From an uncultured Acidimicrobiia bacterium (GTDB lineage: Bacteria > Acidobacteriota > Terriglobia > Versatilivoradales > Versatilivoraceae), in the NCBI GenBank assembly GCA_963786955.1, contig CAWBAT010000003.1, positions 224,001 through 288,000 of the forward strand: a stretch of 64,000 nucleotides of DNA, written 5' to 3'. Within the stretch, counting starts at the first letter, position 1; every line of letters begins with the position of its first letter. The notes beneath the pieces are model-generated. The model was not told where the DNA came from. It saw only the letters and a program-made list of their open reading frames with translations, and ran no database searches. A program made the position numbers and the translations under genes. Below are positions 1 to 11,590 of this stretch, one piece after another.

Positions 1-181
1 GATAAATTGTCTTTCCCTGGATGGCCCGAAACCAAAGTATACTTGCCAGGGGAGATTCCAGATTGGAAGAAAGCAGCCTTCAAACTACGTAACGGGGTAT
101 CGTGCCCGCGCCTGAAGCGCCCCTTCCCCCTTTGTTGACGGCTTAGCTGGATCGGGCGATCTGATAAAGAGGAGAGATGCC

Positions 182-481
182 ATGCATCCAATGACAGACG
201 AAATTCTGAAAAAACTCGAATCGCACCGGCACGACCTGAAAGCTTATGGAGTCCGAAGCTTGGGACTCTTCGGCTCATACGCGCGCGGGGAACAAAGAGA
301 GGGAAGTGACGTAGACTTCGTAGTCGACTTCGAGAGAAAATCTTTCGACGCCTATATGGATCTGAAGAGTTACCTAGAGAATCTCTTGGGCTGCGGGGTT
401 GATCTGGTGATTAGCGACACAATCAAACCAAGGTTGCGCGACCCCATTCTGGCGGAGGTGCTGCATGCCCAAGGACTATAG
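182..481 (+). CDS. Minimal nucleotidyltransferase (MNT/MntA-type antitoxin)
   Basis: 99 aa with the GSYARG-x6-SDVD nucleotidyltransferase motif; overlaps the downstream HEPN gene. Confidence 0.9.
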   Translation: MHPMTDEILKKLESHRHDLKAYGVRSLGLFGSYARGEQREGSDVDFVVDFERKSFDAYMDLKSYLENLLGCGVDLVISDTIKPRLRDPILAEVLHAQGL

Positions 482-803
482 GGTGTATCTTGACGACATG
501 CCGGAGGCCATCGTTAAGATTCGCAAATACACAGCGGGGCTCTCGAATGAGGATTTCCGTGCGGATGAGAGGACTGTGGATGCAGTGGTTCGCAACTTAG
601 AAGTGATCGGAGAAGCCGCCAAGCAGATTCCAGAGGAGATTCGCGAGCGAGTTCCAGAAATCGAGTGGAAAAAGATTGCTGGACTCCGCGACATCCTGAT
701 CCACGAGTACTTTGGAGTTGACACGGAGATTATTTGGGACATCGTTGAAAATAAACTGTCTGTACACGAAAACAAGGTGCAGATCATGCTGACCAACTCA
801 TGA
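465..803 (+). CDS. HEPN/DUF86 ribonuclease toxin (HepT-like)
   Basis: 112 aa with [12 protein letters not shown] and the R-x4-H motif (RDILIHEY); standard MNT-HEPN order. Confidence 0.9.
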   Translation: MPKDYRVYLDDMPEAIVKIRKYTAGLSNEDFRADERTVDAVVRNLEVIGEAAKQIPEEIRERVPEIEWKKIAGLRDILIHEYFGVDTEIIWDIVENKLSVHENKVQIMLTNS

Positions 804-957
804 AAATTTCATGAAGGACAGTCATGTGAACAACTCCCAATTTGAAAGTCCGAGACGGGCGTAGTGACACAAACTCAATGCGCAACTGATCCTCCTTGAT
901 CTTCTGCTGGCCGGATGGGAGAATGGCGGCTGAAATTTATAACCGAGGAGATCATTT

Positions 958-2238
958 ATGCGTTGCACTATTCAATCCATTCAAGCTATGGAAATCCTTG
1001 ATTCCCGGGGAAATCCTACGTTACGTGCCCTCGTCACCTTGGACAATGGAGTTCAAGGCTCGGCCTCGGTTCCTTCCGGCGCTTCAACCGGTGAACATGA
1101 GGCTGTGGAATTGCGCGATGGGGATAAAAAGCGTTATGGAGGCAAAGGGGTGCTCAAGGCAGTGGCGAACGTCAATGACGTCATCGCTCCCGCTCTGAAA
1201 GGAAAAGACCCGTCACGTCAATCAGAGATCGACTATCTCATGATCGAATTGGATGGGACACCCAATAAGGGAAAGCTAGGGGCTAACGCGATTCTGGGAG
1301 TTTCAATGGCTGTGAGCAGAGCGGCTTCCATCGCGGCAGACGTTCCTCTCTATGCTTATTTAGGTGGAACAGGCGCAGTGCGACTACCGGTGCCCATGAT
1401 GAACATTCTCAATGGGGGGAAGCATGCTGACAATAGTGTGGATTTTCAGGAGTTCATGGTGATGCCGATAGGGGCGCCTACTTTTGCCGAGGCCCTTCGC
1501 TATGGAGCTGAAGTTTTTCACACCCTGAAGGGCATCTTGAATAAGAAAAAGTATGCAACGGGTGTCGGAGATGAGGGAGGCTTTGCGCCCAATTTGAAAA
1601 GCGATGAAGAAGCCTGTCAATTAATTGTGACGGCCATTGAACAAGCGGGGTATCAGCCTGGCAAAGATGTGTCCATCGCGCTCGATGCCGCGGCCAGCTC
1701 AATTCTTGAGGAGGGCGCCTATCATTTTACGAAATCGGGCCAGGGAAAGAAGACCAGTGATGAGATGACTCAGCTCTTTGCGGATTGGATCCAGAAATAT
1801 CCTATTGTCTCCATCGAAGATGGGCTGGCGGAGAATGACTGGGGCGGGTTCAAGAAGCAAACCGCCGTGTTAGGTGGCAAGGTACAAATCGTGGGTGACG
1901 ACCTTTTCGTCACAAACACCCGGTTCGTCACCCGCGGCATCCAGGAAAGCTCTGCCAACGCGGTCCTTATCAAGCTCAATCAGATTGGTTCGGTCACGGA
2001 AACGATCGAAACAATTCAAATGTGCCGCAAGGCAGGCTGGGGTTATATTATTTCACATCGTTCAGGGGAGACTGAAGACGCGTTCATGGCGGATTTCGCG
2101 GTTGCTATGGGTGGGGGGCAAATCAAGACAGGATCCGCCTGCCGCAGCGAACGGATTGCGAAATACAACCGGCTCTTGGAGATTGAGGCGGAACTAGGTA
2201 AACGGGCGGTCTTTGGAAATCCTTTTCAGAAGATGTAG
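958..2238 (+). CDS. eno: Enolase (phosphopyruvate hydratase)
   Basis: [35 protein letters not shown] and QIKTG motifs; RBS GAGGAG upstream. Confidence 0.97.
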   Translation: MRCTIQSIQAMEILDSRGNPTLRALVTLDNGVQGSASVPSGASTGEHEAVELRDGDKKRYGGKGVLKAVANVNDVIAPALKGKDPSRQSEIDYLMIELDGTPNKGKLGANAILGVSMAVSRAASIAADVPLYAYLGGTGAVRLPVPMMNILNGGKHADNSVDFQEFMVMPIGAPTFAEALRYGAEVFHTLKGILNKKKYATGVGDEGGFAPNLKSDEEACQLIVTAIEQAGYQPGKDVSIALDAAASSILEEGAYHFTKSGQGKKTSDEMTQLFADWIQKYPIVSIEDGLAENDWGGFKKQTAVLGGKVQIVGDDLFVTNTRFVTRGIQESSANAVLIKLNQIGSVTETIETIQMCRKAGWGYIISHRSGETEDAFMADFAVAMGGGQIKTGSACRSERIAKYNRLLEIEAELGKRAVFGNPFQKM

Positions 2239-2407
2239 GGCACACGACTGTGATCACATGGGCTGTCCCATTTCTTTCCCACAGATGGACGCAGATTTCA
2301 CAGATGATTTCTCGACGATAATGGGCGGCAACCGGAGGCTAATGGTTTTCTGAGCGGTTAAAGGATCGGAAGATAGTTAGTGCGTGCCTTGACTCAGCCG
2401 TTGGGTT

Positions 2408-2590
2408 ATCAGCCGACGGCGGCACGGTTGCATATCTGGCCGTCTTTCACAACAATAACGGCGAGTGCGGGCAGGTCGTGATTCTTGAAAAGAGTTTCCA
2501 GTGAGTGCGCCGTGTCGACTGGTGGTGCTGTGCCGGTGGAAGGTGGGTTGCTGAAAAAGTAATTGATGCCAAGCAACTCGACTGCGTCAT
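2408..2590 (-). pseudogene. Truncated N-terminal fragment of a serine hydrolase/beta-lactamase-family protein
   Basis: Manual translation ...AHSLETLFKNHDLPALAVIVVKDGQICNRAAVG* resembles the 'xxxPGLAVAVVKDG' start of this family; stops next to the repeat. Confidence 0.5.
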
Positions 2591-3372
2591 GCGTTGACGG
2601 AAAAAATCTGCAGCCAGAGCGATTTGAACAGCGCCATGCGCACGACGTCCTGACGCTGATCGCCTACTTTCAGGTCTTCGAGAAAAACGCCCTCCAGTTC
2701 GAATCCAAACCGGCTGTTGATATTGAGGTTGCTCATGTTGATGTCGCGCGAGTGGATGTAAACCTTGTTTAGGTTGAGAATCATGAACGCGTAGTAAAGG
2801 AAGCCGAACGTGGCGCGTTTGCCGATGCCTTTGCCCTGCAGCCCGGGTTCGCCCACGAGCTTCTTCATCTCCAGTTTGCCTGCCTCACAATCAATATTCT
2901 CGCCACCCACAATGCCCACCGGCTGGTCCTCGAAATAAACCCCAAAATACTCTCGGGTGGGATGCGTGAAGTGGTGTTGCAGGTCGACTTCACTCGCTGG
3001 AAACGCTGGTACGAAGCTCTCGCGCACGCCCGGGGCTTGCAACCATTCAACCACTTTGGGGATGACCGCCAGTTGAAGTGGCCGAAGCGAAACATGTTGC
3101 ACGGTCAATTGCTTGCGCGCCGCCCATTCATCCTTCACGGCCGCAAGCGTGAATATCTCGCTATAATACGCCACGTCCTTGCCAGGCTTCCGCTCCTGCG
3201 CCATGAGATTGTCGAGCAGGTGCGACGCAACGCGCAAGATTTCGTCCTTCTGTACGCCGTAGTTGTTGAGTTCGTTGTAAAAGCCTTTGGCGACCAGCTT
3301 GAGCATCTGGTCGCGTTGCTGTCTGGAGGCTGTCTTTTCTTTATTGCTCGCGTTCATTGGCTGATTGATCAC
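2587..3372 (-). CDS. GNAT-family N-acetyltransferase (RimJ/L-like C-terminal domain with N-terminal extension)
   Basis: Acetyl-CoA motif QGKGIG, plus LNLNKVY and FGFELEG. Confidence 0.75.
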   Translation of the reverse strand: MINQPMNASNKEKTASRQQRDQMLKLVAKGFYNELNNYGVQKDEILRVASHLLDNLMAQERKPGKDVAYYSEIFTLAAVKDEWAARKQLTVQHVSLRPLQLAVIPKVVEWLQAPGVRESFVPAFPASEVDLQHHFTHPTREYFGVYFEDQPVGIVGGENIDCEAGKLEMKKLVGEPGLQGKGIGKRATFGFLYYAFMILNLNKVYIHSRDINMSNLNINSRFGFELEGVFLEDLKVGDQRQDVVRMALFKSLWLQIFSVNA

Positions 3373-3487
3373 TGGTGTTGATAAGAAATCGCTTTTCAGG
3401 CGGCACGGGCACCCGCCCGTTCAGACGGGCTGAAACAACGCTTTCATGGGGAAGAGTGTGCCATGGGGTGCGTGACGAAGGCAAGCG

Positions 3488-3820
3488 ATGAAGGCAAACG
3501 TCCCCTGCGGGCCGGGTCTGCCCGCAGGGGACGTGATCGAGTCTGGAACTGGCAGCGAGGAACCGATCAAGGCTCGACTACTGTTCGAGCCCAAACGGGC
3601 CGTCTACATCACCGACCGCTCGTGGCACCCGACGCAGGAATTCCGGACGCGTTCGGATGGCCGGATCGAGATGAGCTTGCAGAGAACGGGGCGCAAGGAA
3701 CTGGTGCGGTGGGTCTGGTCCTGGATGCCCGACAGGAAGGTGTTGGCTCCCAAGAGCCTGCGGGATCGGATCATGGAGAAGCTTCGGGATGGACTACGGG
3801 CACAGCAAGAAGGAGAATGA
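3488..3820 (+). pseudogene. C-terminal (WCX) fragment of a WYL-domain transcriptional regulator
   Basis: YITDRSWHPTQ, ELVRWVWSW and VLAPKSLRDRI are typical WCX segments; HTH and WYL parts are missing. Confidence 0.65.
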
Positions 3821-3844
3821 CTGCCCAAACACACGCTGTTCACC

Positions 3845-3997
3845 TAGCGGGACTTCCTGAAAAAATGGGATACTACAATGGTGGAATTCCAAGGCCAGCG
3901 CTTCTTGTTAACCGGCCTCAAGAAAGCCACACCCCATTTCCTTGTGGACTTCCATGGCGGCGCCAATGATGGAATAGGTCTGGGCGTCCTTTTCCAT
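3845..3997 (-). pseudogene. 5' fragment of a GxxExxY gene (duplicate of 4557-4709)
   Basis: Near-identical 153 bp to 4557-4709; [37 protein letters not shown]. Confidence 0.85.
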
Positions 3998-4307
3998 ACG
4001 TATTCTCAAACCTTCCCCCGCAGATGACGCAGATTTCACAGATAATTTCGGGGCGAACAGGGGTGGAATCTGTCGCCTGATGGTTTTAGGTATGGTCTTG
4101 ACAAAACCTCCAACCTGATGGAATGAGTGTGAGAATCTTTATCGTTACCTATTGCCGATGCTTCTTCCCGCAGATGGCGCAGATTTCACAGCTAATTTCT
4201 CGGCGAACATCGGCGAAATCTGTGGGCTATTAATCTTCTTAATGGTTCTATGATAGGAAGTTTCTTAATACGTTTCGTGAATCAGCCCTGAATTTCTTTG
4301 CAAGAAG

Positions 4308-4709
4308 TTATGCCTGAGAATTTGCTCTAGTCTTTTTGGGTATAGTCAGGATGAGACGTTCATATTGCAAGTTTGGGCTGCCAAAATTGAGCAGGAGAGC
4401 TCGAGAATATCCCGTGGCGTTCAAATAGTTGATGACCTGTGCCCTATGAGAATCGATGAGTGTTTCAACGGCCTTGAGCTCCACCAGGACTGAATCAAAA
4501 CAGACAAAGTCTGCCTTGTATAAACATCCCAATAATTGGTTTTTGTAGAGTATCTTTAGCGGGACTTCCTGAAAAAATGGGATACTACAATGGTGGAATT
4601 CCAAGGCCAGCGCTTCTTGTTAACCGGCCTCAAGAAAGCCACACCCCATTTCCTTGTGGACTTCCATGGCGGCGCCAATGATGGAATAGGTCTGGGCGTC
4701 CTTTTCCAT
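4308..4709 (-). pseudogene. GxxExxY protein (PD-(D/E)XK-like nuclease) with an in-frame TAA at the motif Tyr
   Basis: ATG 4709; GFLEAG-TAA (4622-4620); reading continues in frame to YKADFVC..VLVELKA..AQVINYL..LLLNFG. Confidence 0.85.
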
Positions 4710-4976
4710 ACATGTTCCCAAAGCTTCTCCCGCAGATGACGCAGATTTCACAGATGGCTTCTGGGTGGCAATCGGCGAAATCTGTGGGCTGATGGTTTTC
4801 TGAGCGGTTAGACGATAGAAAGTTTTTGAATGCGTTTCTTGAGTCAGTCGGATGTTCTATTGCGAACAGTCTTTTTCTTTACGTATTCCGAAAGCTTCTT
4901 CCCGCAGATGACGCAGATTTCACAGATGGCTTCTCGGTGGCAATCGGCGAAATCTGTGCGTGAAGACTATTAGGAG

Positions 4977-5300
4977 CTACACAGTTGCCCGTTGAATCAA
5001 TCTCTTCAGGTGGTGGATTTCCCTGCGGACCCGCTTTAGTTCTTTGTGATTGTGAGCGGCCAGCGCTTCATCTCTCTTTTTCTTGAACTCTTTGATTTGA
5101 GTTTTCACCGAAGCTTTATCGATGCCCGCTACACTGTGATGGCCGTGCATCTCTATGTTGAGGGCTTGGCAAAGAGCCGGCAAAAGCTGACTCTTGTGCA
5201 TCTGGGAATGGCCCTTGACAGCTTCAGGTCCAATGCCATTGGCAATCTCTCGTAATTCCGCCAGGGTCTTCTTCTTGAGTTCTCCATATGAATACGCCAT
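4977..5300 (-). CDS. Small basic protein with Rho-N-terminal-like helix-extension-helix
   Basis: LKKKTLAELREIA...HSQMHKSQLL pattern; RBS AAGGAG. Confidence 0.6.
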   Translation of the reverse strand: MAYSYGELKKKTLAELREIANGIGPEAVKGHSQMHKSQLLPALCQALNIEMHGHHSVAGIDKASVKTQIKEFKKKRDEALAAHNHKELKRVRREIHHLKRLIQRATV

Positions 5301-5479
5301 GAAATCAGTCTCCTTTGAGGATTGAGTTCAATTCCAGTCAAGACTAGCCCGGATTTCTCTCTGCCAGCGCCGCTATTGGGCATGGAGTTACGACCCATGT
5401 AGGCCGGGAGCCCCACCCGGCGAACGACATTCCTCAAAAACATGGTGTGTCTGTTTTCCCCGGTGGTGAGAAATCCAGC

Positions 5480-5962
5480 CTACAGCTTATAACCAAATTT
5501 TCGCAGCAGCTCTTTTCGTTTACGTTGATCCTCCTCACCCTCGACCCCTTTGGGCGAAAATCCGTCCACCACTCCGAGAATTCCCCTGCCTTGTTCCGTT
5601 TCCGCAACGATGACTTCAACCGGGTTAGCTGTGGCACAATAAATGGAACAGACTTCCTGACACTGGCGGACTGCATTGAGCACATTGATCGGGAAAGCGT
5701 TCTTAAGGACGATGAGAAAGGTGTGACCCGCTCCCACATTGCTGATGTTGTCCGTCGCAGACTGAACGAGTTCCTGATTATTTCCCTGGTGCCGCACGAG
5801 GCAAGGGCCGGACGCTTCGTTGAAGGCAATTCCGAATTGGATGCCGGGGACCGCAGCGATCAGGATCTCATAAAGATCTTCGACGGTCTTGATGAAATGG
5901 CTCTGTCCCAGAATGACGTTGCACCCTTCTGGAAATGTCAGGCGGATCGTTTTCAGGTCCAA
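5480..5962 (-). CDS. Adenosine-specific kinase family (DUF355)
   Basis: NVILGQSHFIKTVEDLYE, FNEASGPCLVR, CATANP and GRGILGVVDG motifs. Confidence 0.85.
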   Translation of the reverse strand: MDLKTIRLTFPEGCNVILGQSHFIKTVEDLYEILIAAVPGIQFGIAFNEASGPCLVRHQGNNQELVQSATDNISNVGAGHTFLIVLKNAFPINVLNAVRQCQEVCSIYCATANPVEVIVAETEQGRGILGVVDGFSPKGVEGEEDQRKRKELLRKFGYKL

Positions 5963-5974
5963 GGTGTTCTTCTT

Positions 5975-7441
5975 TCAAGCCAGGACATTGGGCACCAGTT
6001 CTCCGGCAACATCCGTGAGGCGAAAATGGCGTCCCTGAAATTTATAAGTCAGCTTCTTATGATCGACACCCAGGCAATGCAGGATCGTGGTCTGCAGGTC
6101 ATGGACATGGACCGGATCTTTGACGATATTGTAGCAGTAGTCATCCGTCTCGCCATAGACGACTCCTCGCTTCACGCCGCCTCCAGCCAGCCACATCGAG
6201 AAGCAACGAGGATGATGATCTCTCCCGTAATTGGTCTCGGTTAGAGTGCCCTGGCAATACACCGTTCGACCAAACTCTCCACCCCAGACCACCAAAGTGT
6301 CGTCGAGCATGCCTCGCTGTTTGAGGTCCATAATGAGCGCTGCAGAAGCCTGATCGACTCCCTTGGCTTGCAGCTGAATATCCCGCGGCAAATCCGCGTG
6401 CTGATCCCAGCCGCGATGATAGAGTTGAATAAAGCGAACATCACGTTCTGCCAAGCGGCGTGCCAGTAAGCAGTTGGCGGCATACGTCCCCGGTTTGCGA
6501 GAATCGGGTCCATACATTTCGAAAACGGAATCAGGTTCCTTCGACAGGTCCATCAATTCCGGAACAGAGGTCTGCATCCGATAAGCCATTTCATACTGGG
6601 CAATCCGCGTCTCGATCTCCGGATCGCCGTAGTCCTGGGCCTTCATCTTGTTAAGTTCCGCGAGGCTATCGAGCATGTTTCGTCGTGTATTTTTGTCAAT
6701 CCCTTCAGGATCGGACAGATAGAGGACCGGGTCTCCACTGGACCGGAATTTGACACCCTGATATCGCGAGGGGAGGAAGCCGCTCCCCCAGAGCCTGGAG
6801 AAGAGGGGTTGATCAGGAATGAGAGCCTGAGCCTGAGAAATGAGAACCACATAGGTCGGAAGATTATGGTTTTCACTGCCAAGACCGTAACTGATCCATG
6901 CCCCCATACTGGGCCGCCCCGGCTGCTGGCTACCCGTCTGTATAAAGGTAATGGCCGGGTCGTGATTGATGGCATCGGTAAACATGGTCCGAATGATCGT
7001 GATGTCATCGACGATCTTGGCATGGTGGGGGAGTAGTTCACTGATGTAAGCTCCGGACTGCCCGGCCTGTTCAAACTTGAAAATGGGCGCTGCCACGGGA
7101 AGCGAACTCTGACCGGATGTCATCCCCGTAATCCGTTGTCCGTGCCGTATCGAGTCAGGTAACTCTGTTCCCTGGAGCTTGCGAAGTTTCGGCTTATAGT
7201 CGAACAACTCAAGCTGAGAGGGTGCCCCGGACTGGTGAAGAAAAATCACTCGTTTGGCTTTGGCGGCGAAATGGGGCAACCCAGCCAACCCACCCGTCTT
7301 TGGGTTTAGTTCGGCCGTTGAGGCGTTGATGTCCGGACTGAGCAGAGACCCCAACGCAACAATCCCAATTCCCTTGCTGGTTCGGGAAAAGAACTGGCGT
7401 CGGGTCAGTTGTAGATTTATTTCCTGTTCCAAAGTCATCAT
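5975..7441 (-). CDS. DUF1501 domain protein (sulfatase-like fold, Tat signal)
   Basis: TRRQFF signal; [34 protein letters not shown] and GRDHH motifs. Confidence 0.9.
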   Translation of the reverse strand: MMTLEQEINLQLTRRQFFSRTSKGIGIVALGSLLSPDINASTAELNPKTGGLAGLPHFAAKAKRVIFLHQSGAPSQLELFDYKPKLRKLQGTELPDSIRHGQRITGMTSGQSSLPVAAPIFKFEQAGQSGAYISELLPHHAKIVDDITIIRTMFTDAINHDPAITFIQTGSQQPGRPSMGAWISYGLGSENHNLPTYVVLISQAQALIPDQPLFSRLWGSGFLPSRYQGVKFRSSGDPVLYLSDPEGIDKNTRRNMLDSLAELNKMKAQDYGDPEIETRIAQYEMAYRMQTSVPELMDLSKEPDSVFEMYGPDSRKPGTYAANCLLARRLAERDVRFIQLYHRGWDQHADLPRDIQLQAKGVDQASAALIMDLKQRGMLDDTLVVWGGEFGRTVYCQGTLTETNYGRDHHPRCFSMWLAGGGVKRGVVYGETDDYCYNIVKDPVHVHDLQTTILHCLGVDHKKLTYKFQGRHFRLTDVAGELVPNVLA

Positions 7442-7442
7442 G

Positions 7443-10400
7443 TCATTCCTTGGTCACTGTTTCGTCTAGGTTCAGAATTGTGCTGGCTACAGTTACCCAA
7501 GCGGCCAGTTCGCTGGCATTTAGCTTAGAGTCAAAAGGCGACTCCCCGATTTTCAAAAGCTTCATGGCTGCCTCTTGGTCCTGGCGATAATGTGCCAGTT
7601 CCTTTTCCGCCAGCTCGCTAAGAACTTGATACTCCTGCTGAGCCGGATCACGGGACAAAGCCCATTGGTAAGCGTAATGGATTCGCTTCGCAGGGTCATT
7701 GCCACCCCATCAATCATGTGTTGTGCCAGGGTACGTGAGGCTTCGACATAGGTAGGATCGTTTAGGAGGACAAGGGCTTGTAAGAGGGGTATTCGTCCGG
7801 GCTCTTCGAGACGTACATTTCTCTCGATCGGGCGCATCAAAGGTCGCCAGGGAAACCGGTGGAACAGTCCTCTTCCAAACCGAATACATGCTCCGCCGAT
7901 AGAGATCCTTACCTGCACTCGGCAGATAATTTTGACCGGTGAAGATTTCTCCAAAAGCCATCTCTTCCCAGAGACCTTTGGGCTGGTAAGGATAAACGCT
8001 TCGGCCACCGATCTCCGGATTGAGGAGCCCGCTGATTGCCAGGGCATTGTCTCGAACGAACTTCGGCCGGAAGACGAAAACGGGGACCTCGTGCCAGAAG
8101 ACGGTTCTCCGGATCTCGTTCCAGCAACTCGGGTGTCACACGCGACGCCTGACGATAGGTGGAGCTGGTCACAATCAGACGTTGCATGGTCTTGATGTCC
8201 CAATGGGTGCGAATGAATTCCGTAGCCAGCCAATCGAGCAACTCAGGATGACTCGGCATCTCCCCCTGTGACCCGAAATCTTCAGAGGTCTTGACCAACC
8301 CAATCCCAAAGTAGTTTTGCCAATAGCGGTTGACGGCCACCCGCGCCGTCAGCGGATGAGAAGCGATCGACAAGCCATTTGGCAAAGCCCGAACCGACTC
8401 ATGGGCGCTTCCTTTGGCATGTGCGCCAGCCAGGTCAACACGGCCGGTTGAACCTTTTCGCCATGGTTCCGATAATCTCCCCGAGTCAAGACAAAGGAGT
8501 CTCGCGGTTTTTGGGCCTCTCGCATGACCATCGTGCTCGGAATCAGCTTCTTCTAAAATCGATCTTCTGAGCATTGAGCTCTTTCCATTCTGACATACGC
8601 TTGTCTGATTTCCTGGGGTGCGTCGTAGGTCAGGAAATACTCGGTGATTTTCGTGCGCTGCGACTTGAGTTCCAGATCCTCTTTTGACTCCTTAGGTTTT
8701 TCAATTCCCGGCTCATCGAGTAAGGCCGCGTCTTGCTTGAGGAGGTCCACCCAGAGAAAAGGTTTGTCCGCCAAATCGGTCAAGATGATCCGAATCGGGT
8801 AATGCTTGCTAGAATAACGACTTCGGCAGGAGTCAGAGCCCGACTATAGAATACTGCAAGTCATCGATAAAACCTTGAAGACCGATGCTATCTTCTTGTT
8901 GCCGATCTCCAGGCCATCGTTAACCTGGAGGGTTCCGCTTAGAGTTATCCTGCAGGGTCTCTGTTTCCACGGCTTTCCCGTCGACATAGATCCTCATCCC
9001 GGAGGCTTTCCCGGATCCATCATAGGTCAGCGTATAGTTGTGCCAATTTTCTAAAATGACGGGTTGTTTAGTGCGGATTTGGATTGCACTTTCCGGCCAC
9101 TGATGGACCAGACGCACGACAACCCGGGAGCCTCTTTTGAAGCGGGGCATCTTCTCGATTTCTTCATAAAAAAGCTCAACTCCCCGCCGGTCTAAGCCTT
9201 CACTGGATTTGTCGGAGGAGTCCGATGTCTTTTCTGCCAATGGGAATATTTGTAGGATTGGCCCAGAGTCCAACTGAGAACGGGATGTTTCCATTCGATC
9301 GCCTCGGTCTTGAGAAATTCCACCTGGGACTCTCCGTCCAATTCTCCTGACTGCCGGATCGCTCCCACGTTATACGCAATCTGGCCTTTGAGCACTTTGG
9401 CATGCTGATAATTCCCAGAGGTGTCAGCCAAAAACCCATCGAATTCGTAATTGGCTAACAGCCCATCTTTGGGAGCTTGAGGCATCGTGGACAATCTAGT
9501 CTTCTGCCAACTTCTCCAAGCCTGGCGATCTTTTCGCCCGGCATCAATCGTTCTTCTGCTGAAATTTTCGCTTTCAAGCTCATTGAGCTGCTTTTCCTGA
9601 TCGGTGGAGGGAAGTAACAAATATGGGTTTGGCATTTCCTCTCGATCCGTCCAGACCTTTTTCTGGAATCGTATTGAAGAAAGAATAGATCCGGTAATAT
9701 TCCTTCTGCTTGATCGGATCATATTTATGATCATGGCAGCGCGCACAGCCAATCGCCATCCCCATCCAGACCGTTCCGGTTGTGTCGACACGATCGATGA
9801 CATACTCATTCTGGTACTCCTCCGGGATCGCGCCGCCCTCGAAATTGATCATATGGTTGCGATTGAAACCGCTGGCAATCTGCTGCTGGACCGTCGCTTT
9901 GGGGAGCAGGTCTCCGGCCAACTGCTCAATGGTGAACTGGTCGAAGGGCATATTCGTGTTAAAGGCGTTGATGACCCAATCCCGCCAATGCCACATTTCC
10001 CGCAAGCTGTCGATATGGTAGCCATGCGTGTCCGCATAGCGCGCCAGATCGAGCCACTGCATGGCCATTTTCTCGCCATAGTGAGGCGAACTGAGGAGTT
10101 GATCCACTCTTCTTTCGTAAGCGTCGGGTGAATTGTCGGAAAGAAACGATTCCACTTCGGTAGGGGTCGGAGGCAGGCCTGTCAAATCAAGGGTCACCCG
10201 GCGCAATAAGGTCGCTTTGCTTGTTTCAGGGGATGGCTTCAATCCTTCTTTATCCAATCGGGCAAGCACGAAATAGTCAACCGGATTGCGGGGCCACTTG
10301 GCATCGCTTACGGCAGGAAGCTCAGGCCGCACGGGAGGGTCATAAGCCCAATGGGTTTGCCACTTGGCGCCCTGTTCGATCCATTGGCGAATCAACTCGA

Positions 10401-10760
10401 TTTGTGGATCGGTCAAAGTCCGTTCGAAAGTCACCGGCGGCATATGCATTGCCGGATCTTTTGAACTGATTCGCTGATAGACCCGGCTGGCTCCAGCATT
10501 TCCCGGAACGATGACTTGATAGCCTCCCCGGTCCGCGAAGGCCCCGCCTTCGTATCAAGCCGCAAGTTCGCCATTCTTTGCCCTTCATCAGGCCCATGAC
10601 ATACAAAGCAGGTATCTGAAAGAATCGGACGAATGTCGCGATTGAAATCAAGCGTCTTTGTTGGCTGGTCCGCAGCCTCAACTGCAGAAGCATCCAAAGA
10701 ATACCAGACGAGGCCGATCAAACCAATCCCGCCAACCCAGTAGAGCAATCGACGTCTCAA
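7443..10760 (-). CDS. PSD1/PSCyt (DUF1549/DUF1553) planctomycete-type cytochrome c protein with LamG-like insert; split by several frameshifts
   Basis: Fragments: [20 protein letters not shown] (CxxCH), [67 protein letters not shown]. Confidence 0.85.
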
Positions 10761-10980
10761 TTCATGTCCTCCTTATGATGACCTCTGAAGCTGCTTGGCC
10801 GTGACTGAAGTAATAATTGTTTAAGCACAACACTACGGAGAAATGACATTGGCAATAGAAGATGATCCGCGTACTCATGAACTCTTGATCATAATGTACT
10901 TCCTGTTGATTTTGCCGTCAATTGTTTCATGCTTTCGACACTGCGTTTCTGGGGGGGCAGGCGTCCTCGCCTGCCATCGA

Positions 10981-11171
10981 TGTGCAGGCCAGAGTCCCGC
11001 ACCACAAGGTTGGGGCGCAGGTGTCCTCGCCTGCCCACAAGCGGCCTGAATGGCCGCCACTGCGGGCGGGACGCCCGCGCTCCCAGGGGCAATCCCGTCT
11101 GCTCTTCCAAGTCTAATTCAATCTGCTACGGTCAACTGTCGCTTCGTTGTCATGTTTCACCATTTCAAACC
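10981..11171 (+). repeat. ~190 bp composite REP-like dispersed repeat, second copy at 40970-41158
   Basis: Shared TGTGCAGGC..CCCGCACCACAA..GCAGG.GTCCTCGCCTGCCC...CCACTGCGGGCG.GACGCC.GCGCTCCCA...TGTCGCTTCGTTGTCA.GTTTCACCATTTCAAACC. Confidence 0.85.
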
Positions 11172-11364
11172 GCAACACTCATTTAGACAACTCGCCGCGG
11201 GTTCTTTGAGCGTGCGTCGGAGCGCCCGCTCCACTTGGCGACTTAGAAGCAACGTCGAATTTCGGGTCGAGTTTTTTTTATTTGCCATCCATGAGTTGAA
11301 GGCTAACTCTACTGGTGGTAGATTGCCTTTTCCGAAGGCTTTGTCAGAGCCTTCTGTTGACACG

Positions 11365-11555
11365 GTAGAAACAGGCATCCTTGCCTGTCCATTGGCCGAA
11401 TGGCCAACATTAGTTGCGGCCTGTCGCTACGGGCCGAAAGGTTAAATGAATCGCGGCCTAGCGCGGGCCGACAGGCTAGGGAGCCTGTCGCTACTGACCG
11501 AAGGGTTAAATGAACCGCGCCCTGGCACGGCCGAACAGGGTAGGAGCTTGTTACT
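11365..11555. repeat. REP-like cluster with ~64 bp tandem units
   Basis: GCCTGTCGCTAC..CCGAA.GGTTAAATGAA.CGCG..CT.GC.CGG twice, plus an inverted GTAG..ACAGGCATCCTTGCCTGT. Confidence 0.65.
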
Positions 11556-11590
11556 ATCTTAAGAACTCATATCGAATCCCATTGAATCCT

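Larger units (their letters stand above)
2272..4960 (+). repeat. Five direct copies of a 60-130 bp repeat with core CCCGCAGATGACGCAGATTTCACAGAT (~2272, ~4011, ~4160, ~4722, ~4894), associated with GxxExxY copies
   Basis: Core visible at all five sites; most continue to GGCGAAATCTGTGGGCT (partly inverted to the core); three extend to TGAnTCAG. Confidence 0.85.

Noticed and set aside
182-803. MNT-HEPN pair as a novel defence system
   Set aside because: Canonical, well-described toxin-antitoxin module with no unusual partners
2272-4960. Integron attC cassette array
   Set aside because: No integron integrase in the window, no clear RYYYAAC...GTTRRRY boxes, and the enclosed genes are fragments in mixed orientation
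5340-5430. Possible riboswitch/ncRNA upstream of the small basic protein
   Set aside because: Only a GTAG-type hairpin (TGTAGGCCGGGAGCCCCACCCGGC) is evident; no riboswitch consensus recognised
5447-6244. 265 aa plus-strand ORF and many similar antisense ORFs (e.g. 9604-10131, 48228-48767, 61305-61862)
   Set aside because: Shadow ORFs opposite well-supported genes, with no recognisable motifs
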